DNA of 64,000 nt from Guillardia theta CCMP2712 (taxonomy: Eukaryota > Protista > Cryptophyta): positions 155,486 to 219,485 of the forward strand of contig NW_005434669.1 of the NCBI RefSeq assembly GCF_000315625.1, read 5' to 3'. The position numbers were made by a program, and so were the translations under genes. This document shows, one piece after another, positions 11,049-23,606 of the stretch (positions are counted from its first letter, which is position 1; the number at the start of each line of letters is the position of its first letter). Under the pieces are notes generated by a model, which saw only the letters and a list, made by a program, of their open reading frames with translations, ran no database searches and was not told the origin of the DNA.

Positions 11049-14000
11049 ATGGGTGCAGCCCAGTCCATCGCGCACGTGCGCAATCGAGAGGCTCGGATAC
11101 GAGAGTTGGAGTCGACGGTGCAGGAGCTGGAGCTCCAGCGAGAAGAGTACAGGAAGCTGAAGATCGTAGCCGATGCAGAGAAGAAGAATCTTGCAAGGCA
11201 AGGACTTCTTGTGCGGGAGAATGCTGCGAGAGATCGAGAGTCCAAGGCCATCGCAGGTGAGCAAGTCTTCAGAGTGGCGTTCTCTTGTCCCTCATAGCAG
11301 ACTCTGACGTGTTTGCTCAGAGGGTCAAAGTCAGGTAGATCGATCGTTCATGGAAGCGCAGTATGCTCGTTCTAGGGCTTCAGAACAACGAGCACTGGCA
11401 GAGCTTGCAGACCTGAAGTCAAGATATGACATCCTCCTGCTGGAACATCAAGCCCTTGATATGAGGCGGCAGGCTGAGCATGATCAAGCTGTTTCAAACA
11501 TGCGACAAGCGGCAAACACAAGGCTGTTCTCCGTGCTTTCTCTCCTTGAGAATTTTAACAAGTCTCTGGATGTCTTATATGAAGAGATCATGCAACTTCG
11601 ACAAGACCGAACAGACTTTGCAAAAAAGTGCGTGAATCTGTGCGAGAAGATGAATTTCAAGCAGGTGAAGGTGGACTCGACACTGGAGTTCTTTGAATGT
11701 GAGAATGCGTTGGAGGAGGAGAAAAAGCGAGATCGAAGCATCTTGTCTATGCAGGCCATCGAGTTTCTGCTCTCAGACGACACGATAGCAAAGCCATTGC
11801 AAGCTTACCTCAAAGCCTCGGAAGACGCCAAAACACAACTGCTCCAATCATGCTCAAACCTCCCGGATGGGGCTGGTGAGCTTGTCCCGGAGTCGTCTGG
11901 ACTGCAGGACGACAAGACGAGGGAGAAGATCGAGTTCGTAGACGCGAAGTTGAAGCTGAACCGAAGGTTCGAAGACTTGCAGACTGACACTGATCGCATC
12001 GCGTTGGAGAAGTCGGTGGTGACGGAGCTGTCGATGAGTCTGGGGATCAGCCAGGAAAGGTTCGAGGTTGAAAGATTCAGCAGAGGCAGCATCATTATCC
12101 ACTTCTCTATCCTCCCGCAGAAAAAGGAAGACGCTCCCTTCGGCAGGCCTCTCGAGCGGAGGTCAAGCCAGCTGGAACGGAAGTCCAGCATGTTGGAGAG
12201 GAGGTCGAGTCAGCTCGAGCGCAGGACGAGCATGCTGGTAAAGGAAGAGCTCGACTCCGGTTTCATTGCGATGATCCTCAAGGACATGGTAAACGACCCT
12301 TCCTCAAGGCTGCGAAGAGGTCTTGTCCTCTCCTCCTGCACCGAGTTCTCCTGGATGGCTGCCCCTGAGATCCCGGCGAGGGAGGCGAAGCGAGAGATCA
12401 AACGGCTGGAGGTGGAGATCGAGGAGGTAAGCAAGTACCTGCGGGCGATCAAACAGCAAAAGGAGGATCAGGCAGAGGTCCTGCGACGAGCCGTGCACGC
12501 GAGCATCGAGATCCAGCGGGTCTACCGGGGGATGCAGGGGAGGGTGAAGGTCCGAAGGATTCACATGGCGATAGAGGCAGCGGACACGTTGCAGAGGGTG
12601 TGGCGGGGACACGTGGCAAGGGTGCAGTTCATGAAGATGAAGGAAGCGATGGACATGAAGAACGAGAGGGAGAGAGAAGCTCTGCTGCGAGAAGCCGCTT
12701 CCCTTGAGAAGATGCAGGCTGTAGCGCTCAGAGAGCTGGCGGAGGCAAAGCAGAGGTACAACGAGAGGAGGAACATCAAGTATGGCTACAGCTCGTCGGT
12801 GGCAGAGACATCGATGAAACCAAAGAAGAGGACCAGGGTCAGCATGGAGGAGAAGACGAGATGGTGGGAGGCGTACCAGAATGAAAAACTTCGGGACGCG
12901 CAAGAGATCTTATCGCAGGACATGAAGAACAACGATCATTCTATGTGCTTCGTCCCAGAGGAAGGGTTCAGCCTCAACTACCACGTCCGCCCCCTGATCT
13001 TCACCACCTACCAGGACTTCCGGGAGGAAAGGATGCTTCTTCTCAACGAGAGCTTCCCTTCCTTGCACCAGATGTGCTGCGACAGAGGCGTCGCCTTCTG
13101 CCCCGTTGACCCTTTCCTCCAGATCTATGACCAGACTACTCAGGGGAGGGGGCCGCAGGCATGGCAGTGGGTCGGCTTCGGAGAGGAGGCGATGCTTGAC
13201 GACGAGCTAGTGCAGAGCAAGAGCATGCTGATGTGCTCGATGGAGGACGTGAAGGAGACAAACGTCTGGCTCTTCTTCGTAGGAGGGCGGTACGGGTGGG
13301 TCCCTCCTGCTCCCCTCCTCCGTCAGGCGAAGCAGAAAATCGAGTGGGCAAGAGAGTTCTACGAGGAGTCGGGGATGGAGAACTCTTCGCTGGGAGAAGT
13401 GATGTATACGGCGATCGTTGTGAACAGGATGGACGAGATTAGCACGAAGCTCAAGGGCAGGACCTTCTTCTTCCTCCGTGACGACACGTACGGCGATGCG
13501 TTCGCGCAGGAGATGGCGAAACGATTCGTCGAGGACGATCAGCAGGTTGTCAAGCAGCTCGAGAAGTTCAAGGAGAGTATCAGGATCCTGCCCAAGGGCA
13601 TCTTGACGTTTGACAACTACAGGGACCCGATCTTTGCGGTGCGGCAGGCGACAGAATGGCTGCAGAAAAGCATCAAGTTGACCTTCCCCGTGCTCGCCAA
13701 CAACTACGAGAGTCATCGTGACCGGCTCTGCCACAGCAGCCTCGCCCTGAGCAAGCGCTCTCCCTTCATCCAGCAGGAGGAGCTCTTCGACGTCCTTGAC
13801 GCCCACATCGACCCGAGGCAGAACATGTTGGAGCCCATCGTGCTCGTCGGAGAGGGAGGGAGCGGCAAGACGACTCTCCTCTCCAAGTACCTGGAGCTGT
13901 CGAGAGGAAAGCTGCCTCAAGCCATGTGGTTTGCGCACTTCATAGGATGCAGCAGCGGCAGCAGCGACTACCAGCGACTCTGCGTCAACCTCCAACAAGC

Positions 14001-17000
14001 GCTGAAAGATCGCTTCTCGCTCCAGATTGAAGTGAACAAGAAGCTGCTGGGTACGATGCTCTTCTTTTGCTCCTACTTCTACTTCTACTTCTACTTCTAC
14101 TTCTACTTCTTCTTCTATTTCTACGACTCACCACCACCACCACCTCTATCCTCTATCCTCTATCCTATATCCTCATACTTCCCCTCTGCCTTCCAGTCTC
14201 CTCCCTCCGTTCTCTCTCCCCTCTCTTGACACCCTTGCTGCTGCAGCGGAGAAGATGAGCAAGGAGCTATCGCAATGGCTCTCAGCAGCTGCTTCCAAGG
14301 GGATAGTCATCCTATTCATCGACGCCCTCGACGCCATCGACGACACCTACGATGGTTCTCCTCCTCTCACCTGGCTCCCCAAGAAGTTCCCAGCTCGCAC
14401 GAGAGTCATCTTGACGTGCCGGGAAGGAGCTGCGGCCGAGGAGATCCGAGCGAGGGGCTGGAAAGTCCACCAGATGCCCAGCTGGACCAAGGAAGCAGCT
14501 CTCCTCCTAGCCGAGCAGCACCTCCAGCAGAGGAGTCAGTGGACGGACGTCGCTGACATCTCACTTGGCCCGCAACGCCTGGACAGGATCGTAGCGCACC
14601 CTCCTTGCTCCAACCCTCTGCACCTGCGGTACATGGTCGATGAACTCTGCCGGGAGCACCAGGCCACCAAGATCAACCCCAAGGACCTTCAGGTGGGGTG
14701 CGAGCTGGAGTGGCAGCTCCTGTTCCGTGCCAACGACGTCTGGGCGCTGCTTGACTACGTGCTGCATCGGTGGGAGCGACAGTTTGACACGGCCCGGTGC
14801 CCTCAGCTGGTCCGGAGAGTCTGCAGCCTGTTGTGGGGCAGCTGCTGGGGGCTGTCAGAGTACGAGCTCTTGTGTATGATGCCGGATGTACCAAGAGTTG
14901 TTCTTATGACGTTCTTGGAGAGCACAAAGTTTACCTGGATCAGATACAGTGGATACATCCTTATAGGCCACAGCTCCATGAGAGATGCGATCCAAAGGAG
15001 GTTTGAAGATTATCCGCTTCCTTGCTCCTCCTCCTCTTTGAAACCTCCTCTTCTTCTCACTCCTTCCTCATCCCCCCTCCTTTCCTTCCCTCTCTTGCCG
15101 CCTCCCTCTTCCTTCCTCCTTCCTCCTTCCTCTTGCCTCTTGCCTACGTCTTCCTCCTCTTCCAACTCCACCTGATTCTCGTTGAAAAGATTCGTGCCTG
15201 GACCACAAGAGCAGCGGGAAGTACATCGGTGAGCGAGGGAGAGGAGGTTGTACCCTCTGCTCACTTTCCTTCAGGCGTCTAGGTGAAACTACCCTCGTCT
15301 TGCAGCTCCTCAAACACCTTCAAGGCGGTTTCTGGAGATCTCTACCGCCGTCGAGGAGGAAGCTTGAGGAGGAGATCTATCACTGGAGGAGATCGGAGCA
15401 GGTCTTGCAAGGATGTTGACGTCCTTACTCACTTGACTTTCTGCCAGTGGGCAAATCTTATGGGCGTCTGCTCCGACATGTCGAAATTTCCGCTGGTAAG
15501 GCAGCAGAGGAGAAACAGAGTGAGGGGGAGGGGGTTGAACCAACGTATGCAGTTGTTTGAAGAGGACGACGCCGGGACCCTGTGACGCTGCTACGTCTGT
15601 CCTCTCCTCCGAGCTGAAGCTCCTGCTCGTACAGGCACTGCGACCTCCGAAGATGCGTCAGGGAGGCCGACAAGCACATCGATGCATACAAGGCAGGGGA
15701 GGGCGCGAGAGAGCGCAAAGTGACCAGCAGGACAGGGGCTGCTGGATGGGTTGAAGCGGTATGAGCGCCGCAAGGAGAGCGAGGGGAACGTAAGAGGAGC
15801 GGTATCTGCAGCTGGGATCTGACTGAGGAGCAGCTGGAGAGGATAGGAGTGCTGCTGGCGAAGTTCTTGGGGGAGATGGGAAGGAACAAGGAGGCGACAG
15901 AAATGTACGAGACGATTCTGAACCAGCCGGCACAAGGCCTACAAGGCTCCACAGAGACGCAACATCAAGTGGCTGAGCTCAGGTACGTCGACCGCTCTCC
16001 CATCAGCCTGGTGAGATCGACAAAGGATTCTCTATGGAGAGATCTTGCTGCGCACCTGGAAGGATGCCACGGCAGGGACGGCAGAGAGGTCGTTCGTGCT
16101 GGTCAACAAGGCGCAGGTCTGTAGAGGCGGATCGGTGGGAGGCGCTGAGACCGGGAACAGGATCAGTTCAAGTATGCGTTCGAAGCTCTGAAAGAGTTGT
16201 TGGTGCATGGTAGGCCGGCAAAACTCCCTCCCTCTCTCCCTCCCTCCCTCCCTCCCTCCCTCCCTCCCTCCCTCCCTCCCCTCCCCTCCCTCCCTCCTTT
16301 ACGTTCGGTGCAGATGAGCGAGAGGTGGAAGGGATCACGAAAGATCAAACAATCTCGCAAGAAGAGAAGGACGTCGCACTATCGCAAGCTGAGCTGACGC
16401 TGACAAAAGCTAGAACTTCATTCACAGCTGTCCTGTGTAAACTCGGTCATTCAATCGGTCATGGATGATTCTGAAAAGCCCTGATAGCACAGCAGGAAGA
16501 TTGGAATACTTGGCGGGAGACTTTGAGTCAAGTCAGTTGCACTTCGAGCAGGTGGCGTGTCTTGTTGTGACTTCATCCCCTCGCTCCCTTCCTTCACTTC
16601 CTTCCTTCACTTCCTTCGCCTCTTACTCAACTGAATGCCAGGCAGCCTCCTTTGCGGATCAACACCTCAACCCGACTCATCCGCTCATAGCTGAGGCTCT
16701 GCTGGGCTTGGGTAGTCAGACTTGGAGTCATCCTGCACTGAAGGCGTCGCAGGCGACTTGCTGTTTCAGAGGGGGAGGTACGAGGACGCAGAGAGAGCGA
16801 CGAGAAGGTCCATGTCAATCCGTCAGGTGAAGTCACAACCGCGCTTGACAAGCATGACACGCTCGCAGATCAACCTCGGAGGAGGTCATCCGCTCTTTGC
16901 CGAATCGATCGACAGCCTAGCAAAGATCATGGAGGCGACAGGTGCTGCCCGGTTGCTCCTGCAGGCGCTCAAGCCATTGCTGCAGGCAGGAAGTTTGAGT

Positions 17001-17236
17001 TCGATCAGCTGACAGCAAGAAGCGCCAAGATCATGTCCGAGCACGGTGACTCGATGCCATGTCGTGTGACAGTCTGACGCACGTGCTGCAGCCGTGGAAA
17101 CCGCGTCCTTGACCCGCCAGGTGATGTGAGAATTCTGCTCGGAGTGTTGCTGAACCTTGAGCAGAGCACAAGAGTTGTGCAGGAGGATCTGGAGGGATCG
17201 TCGATGTTTGGCTCAATCCGCAAAGATGTTTACTAG
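11049..17236 (+). CDS. Nephrocystin-3-like STAND NTPase: coiled coil, 2 IQ motifs, DUF4062-like domain, NACHT, TPR
   Basis: IQ motifs IQRVYRG and LQRVWRGHVAR; DUF4062-like VRPLIFTTYQDFREER and FFVGGRYGWVP; Walker A GEGGSGKTT; Walker B ILFIDALD; TPR-like HPLIAEALLGLG and HPLFAESIDSLAKI. The start codon is uncertain. Confidence 0.8.
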
Positions 17237-17284
17237 CATTGTTGATCTATATACATGTTTCTCGTGTTCTTCTTCTCTTCTCGC

Positions 17285-18231
17285 TCAGAAAAGAACCTTG
17301 GTGATGTCACTCTTCAGTCCATGCTGGGCCACTCCTGCAAAGACGATCAAAGCATGAAACCAGGGGTATCTCCTCGCACCGAACATCTCCAACGTGTTCC
17401 TGGAGCCATAGATGCTGCTCGTAGTTCGAAACATTGAAGTTTTGTTCTGCGATGTCAGCGCTGGCACCTTCTGGTCGACCGAGTGTTCTCGATCATCGTC
17501 CGGCACTGCAATTCTCTTCTCCTTCACAGACGCAACTCCGTGATCGAAATACTTGACCAGGCGCGTCTCGAAGCCTCTCGGCTGCTCTACAAGTGTAAGA
17601 GAAATGGCGCAGACTCCTTGCAGTGACCTTGCAGTCCTCGGGGCGAGCTTTCAGGTAGCCCCAATTCTCTTCGAAGGCTGATGCTACCTGTTGCTCCTTC
17701 ACAACAGCCGCCTGCAGTTGCATGTGTCAGTGATAGCTGCGAATGGAGAGGAAGACTAAAGCATAAATACAATGAGCTCCTTTCTCTCAACTTCCATTCA
17801 TCTCGATTTCTGATGTTTCTGTCTTGTTGTATCACATTGGTCTATTTCTATTGTGTTGCTGTGACTGCTTATTTCTGCAGTCTGATGTAAACTGGTGGAT
17901 GAATGGACATGCTTTCAAGAAATTCATCTGCTTCTCCCTCATTTCTCAGATCATGCTGTATGTTTTTCCTCTCAATGTTTTCCGCCCGACATATCCAGAT
18001 CGATCGGGCAATTTTCACCAATACCTTCCTGCCTGCATACATTCGCTAGCGCTGAATTCTCATCACGTCATAACTGTCGATCTTCCTCCTCCCCTTCCCT
18101 CCTCTCCTCCCCTCCTCTCCTCCTCTCCTCTCTTCTCTTCTCCTCTCTTCCTCTCCTCTCTTCCTCTCCTCATGACTTGTCCTCACCTTCCAGTTCTCCA
18201 TCTCCGCCACCGCGCTTCTCTCCTTAGGCAT
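17285..18231 (-). CDS. Small protein resembling the C20orf85/LLC1 (CIMIP1) ciliary microtubule inner protein family
   Basis: Exon 1 MPKERSAVAEMENWK splices (intron 18186-17712) to AAVVKEQQVASAFEENWGYLK, matching WKxxVxxE...NWGF/YL. FRTTSSIYG follows later. Confidence 0.55.
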
Positions 18232-18335
18232 TTCCGTTGCTACCGGCTGGAGACCACCCCTCCCGACCTCGTTTTAGTACTACAGGAATTAGGGGGTCCT
18301 GAATGGGGGGTCAAAAACTTTCGGGTAGGGAAAAA

Positions 18336-19500
18336 ATGGCAGTGCGGAGCGGAGGAGGAGGCGGGAGAGAAGGAGGTGCCGAAGAGGTCATAAATGTAGC
18401 AAAGAACAACAAGACGAGGACAAGAAGAATCTCATGGAAGAGTTATGTGATTATGATGTTTTTATTCTTCGCCGGAGGTATGTAAAACTGCAAACCTGCT
18501 GATTCGTTGATTCGTTTTTTTGAATTTCTGCTTTTCCAGGATTTGTATATACGTTGGTTAGAAGGTCAATCTCTCCAGAATCGTTTCGGACATTCTTATC
18601 TACAATACTAGAACTCTCTCCCTTGCTCTCACAGCGCCCACCACAAACAGAGTTGTCAACATCAATTGAATTCAAATTGGGGGATGAAATCCTGGATTTC
18701 AACATGCCAAGATGTGCAAATGGAACGAGCAATTCTACATCAACCATATCGAATACTGACAATCTGTCGGAAGAATTCACGGTGGACGATGAATCCTGTA
18801 TGTTTGTTGCTAACTCCTCAAACATCTTTTTGGTGGTGAACGAACCCGTAAATCAACAGATCTTTAATTGTTCCTCCACCGATGAGGTGCGGATTTTTCC
18901 AGGCAAGACTCTGCCACAAGGGATTCTTATCAGTGAAGATGGAAAGTTGGTGGGTTCAACAGAAAACCCCATGGATCCTGCAGTCTTCAAACTCTGCTGG
19001 GCAGACTCTACCCGCGAAGTGTGTATTGATTCAACGCTGCAAGTCCTTTCTTCCTTGCGGCAGGTGGAGTATCCAAGAGATGTCTTGAAGCTCGACAAGG
19101 TTGTTCATGTTTCAGTGCAGTTATCTGCACCTTCTCACTGCCATCCGCTGACTCTTGGATCTGTTCCTTCAGCATGTTTCAACTCGCCTGTGTCCAAGAT
19201 TGCATGACAACATGGGCCCGTTGAGCTTCAAAGTGTACCCTCCCCTTCCATCAAACCTGTCTTTGAACGAAGCGGATGGTTGCTTGACTGGCAGTCCGAG
19301 TAATCAAAAAATGCCTGGGAACGATTGCAAAGGTCTGAACGTTCTTTCCAGGCTCAAGAAGCGACATGCAGCTGTACACTGTTACCGTAAAGAACATGCT
19401 TGGGCATACCAAGGATATTTCGCTGCGCATTCAAGTTCACCACAGCGTGAGGAGCTCTCTTCGGGTAAGCCTTGATCGACCAGGAATGATAGGATGCTGA
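18336..19500 (+). CDS. Membrane-anchored protein with putative Ig (He_PIG-like) domains
   Basis: TM YVIMMFLFFAGGFVY across an intron; LPQGILISEDGKLVGS and PPLPSNLSLNEADGCLTGSP motifs. Confidence 0.6.
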
Positions 19501-20100
19501 AGCTTCCCTGTCATACAGAACACGATTGGAGGACTTAGCTCTATCTTGTTGATGGTTTAATTGACGAGGCGATTGAAAGTACCCACTGCACTGTCATGCC
19601 ATGTGACTAAGCCAGCCAGTACCTCTAGCGATGTCCTGAACCGGCCGATGAGCGGCCTGCCAGCGATTCAATGCCACTCCGATCATCGGATATCCGATGA
19701 TCGCCGTGACGACCATAGTAGTACCTCGGACTGGACTCGCCGGTCGCCGCCGCCGCTTCCGAGACCGCCTCACTGTCCGATCGCGGCCCAGAGTCTGATC
19801 GAGTCGGCCCGGATCAGCCCATGACTCGGAGACACCTGGCCACAGTGGTCACACGGTCCGATGGCGCAAGCCGTCTCTCAGGCTCGGACTCCGAGGGCCC
19901 GGACCGTACTCAGAGCTTCCTGGCCAGCTGTTCCTGGCACCGTGGCAGGATAATCACTGAAGCAGGCTCCCGGCAGTGCTAGTGATCCTCGGGACATCGC
20001 TGGCATGGCCGTGCGGGGGACTTGTCCTTGGCGCCGTTAAGTGAAGGTATCAGTTAAGTTTGGGGGACAGCAGTCGGCAGGATTGGGTTTGGTTCTTGCT

Positions 20101-20248
20101 GTCTTTTCTCTTCTCGCCGTTTGGCCTGTGCGACAGTGTCAGGGTCAAGCCCGGCCTCCTCGACTCTCCTGATTGTCCTCGTACTGATTTTTAACTTAAC
20201 TTTGAGTAAAAGATCCTCGTACTGATTTTTAACTTCACTTGGAGTAAA
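20101..20248. repeat. Dispersed repeat: reverse complement of 10661-10775 plus a tandem degenerate copy of the 40-mer
   Basis: 20171-20210 is the exact reverse complement of 10661-10700; the second copy is at 20214-20248. Confidence 0.92.
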
Positions 20249-20961
20249 GAGGAGCCGCCGGGGTACAGCACCGTCGGTAGTATCCGGTGATTTGATAAAA
20301 CTTTTTATACCAGCCTGGAAGATTCATACACTTATGAATCATGGTACACCTCAATAATAAAAAACAAGCTTAGAAACTGTACCTAAGAATTTCGTTTACA
20401 AATAAATCTATACAAAAGTTAATATTTAACGTACAATTATAATATTATTTTGTTGAAAAATACGGTACAACAGGGCAGAAACAGACTTGTTCACCATTTT
20501 AAAACAAGGACCCCTCATCCCCACTCGTGCTTGCCCTCAAAATAGCAAGAGGGAGACTGGGAAGGGTTTCATTGGTAGGGGTGGGGGGTGTTTCTGCAGT
20601 CGAAATGTGAGGGTAGTTCTGTTCTATCACCCCTTTAATTCACCATTCTCCCAGGGGATAAGCGGGTGGTATTTTGAGAAATGTAAGGTTGGGGGTCTAT
20701 TGTATGGGGTAGGGGTAATAGTTTTCCAGAAATAGAACAGAAGCTTATAAGAAGAAGGCGGCGCGAAAGCAGCCAGCAAGTGCAAGTAAGATAACGCATG
20801 CGGAACATGACAATGTGCATGCAGTATGAATGTGTTATGTCCTCCCAGACCTGCTCTCTGTTGATGATTCAGACACTTGCATGACTTGCTACACTCTAAA
20901 TCGCTATCTTATTTGTTGGGACTTATATCCGGCATGAACCTGTTCTAATCACTCATTACAG

Positions 20962-21247
20962 TGTTCTCCATCCTCGAGTCCGTAGCTTTCGACACCGGCT
21001 ATGCTGGTTCCAGCGGCATCCAGCCCCAGTCCTGGGTTAACGGCAATGGCACCTCCTACATCTACTTCGGCTCTGGCGAGTTCGATGGACAGGGATCTGG
21101 CCACGACTTCTACGGAACTGTGAGTTCTGACTTGTGCGTTTAAGATTGTTTCTGACAAGAATGCAGCTCTACATGCCCTCCACCGGCTACGTCAACAACT
21201 GCGATGGTGGACGCTCCCACACCTACTGCGATTACCGCCAGCAGTAA
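20962..21247 (+). CDS. About 79-aa Gly/Ser/Tyr-rich small protein of unknown function
   Basis: Intron 21120-21166 (GTGAGT...ATGCAG) joins FSILESVAFDTGYAGSSGIQPQSWVNGNGTSYIYFGSGEFDGQGSGHDFYGT to LYMPSTGYVNNCDGGRSHTYCDYRQQ*. Codons are strongly C-ending. Confidence 0.7.
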
Positions 21248-22004
21248 ATCTGTTCCATACAATAAACGAAATTTATTCTTCCCATCTTGTTGGTTTGTTA
21301 CTTGGCGCCCCACATTGCTTCCAAGCATGAGCATGTCGATTGGTCTTTGGCACACCTGCGATCTACCACTCTGGCATTTTCAGTGTTGAAAAGGTTTGGC
21401 GTAGTCAAGTGTGAATAGACCAGACTATAATCGCAGATGACTCTCGTTCAAAGTCAAGCATGCGACGTGATAAGAAAATGGCAGCTCATGGCCATCATAA
21501 CGATTCAGGCTCGAATCATCCTCAAGGGCTCAAGTTCAACAGACTTGCGAGAATCAGCATTTCAATACGACTACTTTGACTTGAATGAGGTTAATTTCAA
21601 GGAAAGAGCTCAGTCCTCTTGACGAATGTGAAAGCATTGTATGTACATGTCGGATTGTCATTAATACACATGTGATCTAAATGGCAACTTGGCAGTGTCT
21701 CAGATCGAAACCATTGGCTGAGGGCTGCGATGGTAACATTTCAACAACCCAGTCGAGAAACCAAGTGTGCACATACCTCTGTGTAGGTCTCGTGGCGGGG
21801 ATGAGATGATGGCCTTCCTCTCGGTCAAGAGGTTCGTAGGGTCGACCATTGCGCGAAGAGTAACTGTGAGAACTCAAGTCCGAATCCCACGGAAAATGTC
21901 GATGCATGTCGGCAGCATAATCTGGTAACCGAGCAGTGATCTGAACGGGGAATCAGTCAGACATGCTGTGTGCAACGGAAAGAACATGAGAAAAAGATTG
22001 TTGC

Positions 22005-23606
22005 TCATACCTGTTGGGTGAAATCCTCTGGGAATAATCTGGGACCTCCGTGAGGTCGAATACCAAGTCTTGCTAGGTATTTGTTGCGGTGATGTACATG
22101 GTGGGTATACACGGCAGGTGTTGAGTAGCCAGTCACATGTGCCTCTCGTGCTTCTTCACGAGCTTTCTTTAGCTCGCGATCCTGTAGTGCAGCAGCCGAA
22201 GCATTCAACCAGCCTCCTTCCTTGATATCAGCCAACAGAAGCAATATTGTCAGTCCTGCTGAAGCTGTTGCAACCTTGCCGAACATCAACATGACGTCTC
22301 TGTACATTTCCGCGAATTCTGCAGGAGTTGTGTTCGGGCGGTTAGCATCTGGAAGCAACGGTGCAATGATCAGAGGAAAAACTGCAAGACCAAGATTCTG
22401 AAAAGCAGTCATCAGGCCATAGGCCATCCCCATTTTGTTCATGTCCACAACAATAGCTATGCAAGGCCACAAAGCCGAAGCACAAATCGAGTAACACAAA
22501 CCCATACCGACCACTCCAATGATAGGAGAGAAATTGTCCATAAACGAGAAGCAAAGGAAAATGGTTGCCACACTCGAAGTTGATATCAGAATCCAAATGA
22601 TTGCACGACCTGTCTTGTCCACTAGATATCCAAACAAGGGACAAGCTAGGGCTGATACAGTATACGGCATGCTCATCACAAATGCAGCTTGCTTCTCTGT
22701 CGTTGAATACCTTTGCTGCAGAAATTGAACGCCATTTTGTAAGAAAACAAATACGGAGGCGTAAAAGGTGATCGTCACGCCAAAAACAATCCAAACTGAG
22801 AGCGGAAACGACGAAATATCAGATAGGTGCACTTCGTCTGCTTCAACGAATATATCATCTTCGCAGCTCTGAACAGACATAGCACGATCTTCGCTCGCTT
22901 TCGATTTCTCGGCATGGTGGTCCATCCAGTTCAAAAGCATGCAACAAATATGAGAAACAACGCAGGTGAAGAGGCCCGCATACATTGCCCATGTAAACCC
23001 ACCAATATCAGAGTTGGTGAACATGTCCATGACTGCAGGGGATATGTCAAAATTCACTGCACTACCTAGACGTGAGAACGACAACACAATTCCGAACGCT
23101 GTAGCCAATTCTGTGCCTTTGAACCACTTCGCCGTATATGCACTTTGCGCTACTGTCAAGGTCTCCCCCCCCAGCCCGAAGACGAATCTTCCTATCAAGA
23201 CGATGCCGAGGCTGTGAATCTGAGTGCCATAAGACACCATCCCTTGCCCTACAACAAGGATGAAACAACAAATGAAACAGCCCCATCGGACACCTAGGTA
23301 CTTGTCAATGATATAGCCCCCAAGGAACACTTGTACGGTATTGGGCCAACTATAAAGAGAGTAGAGCAAATTATATTGAAGCTGAGTCAACCCTTGAAAG
23401 TGATCAAAGAATTTTCCTTTTAGAGCACCTGGGATATCGTAACAATAGTATGATCCAAAAGTAAGAAAACAAATGAGCAATAAAACAACCGATCGATAAG
23501 GCAATCGTGAGTGATGCCAGAATCCCTTTTTAGTTTCATGGAATGCCGAGTACGGTTGATCGATCATCATGCTTTTCTTCAAAACGTTCCAGCAAGAAGA
23601 GATCAA
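22005..23606 (-). CDS. MFS transporter, MFSD1-like
   Basis: 533-aa ORF with about 12 TM segments; FGSYYCYDIPGAL, LYSLYSWPN, GRFVFGLGGE, WFKGTELATAFG. A possible upstream exon starts at ATG 23821. Confidence 0.9.
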   Translation of the reverse strand: MISSCWNVLKKSMMIDQPYSAFHETKKGFWHHSRLPYRSVVLLLICFLTFGSYYCYDIPGALKGKFFDHFQGLTQLQYNLLYSLYSWPNTVQVFLGGYIIDKYLGVRWGCFICCFILVVGQGMVSYGTQIHSLGIVLIGRFVFGLGGETLTVAQSAYTAKWFKGTELATAFGIVLSFSRLGSAVNFDISPAVMDMFTNSDIGGFTWAMYAGLFTCVVSHICCMLLNWMDHHAEKSKASEDRAMSVQSCEDDIFVEADEVHLSDISSFPLSVWIVFGVTITFYASVFVFLQNGVQFLQQRYSTTEKQAAFVMSMPYTVSALACPLFGYLVDKTGRAIIWILISTSSVATIFLCFSFMDNFSPIIGVVGMGLCYSICASALWPCIAIVVDMNKMGMAYGLMTAFQNLGLAVFPLIIAPLLPDANRPNTTPAEFAEMYRDVMLMFGKVATASAGLTILLLLADIKEGGWLNASAAALQDRELKKAREEAREAHVTGYSTPAVYTHHVHHRNKYLARLGIRPHGGPRLFPEDFTQQV

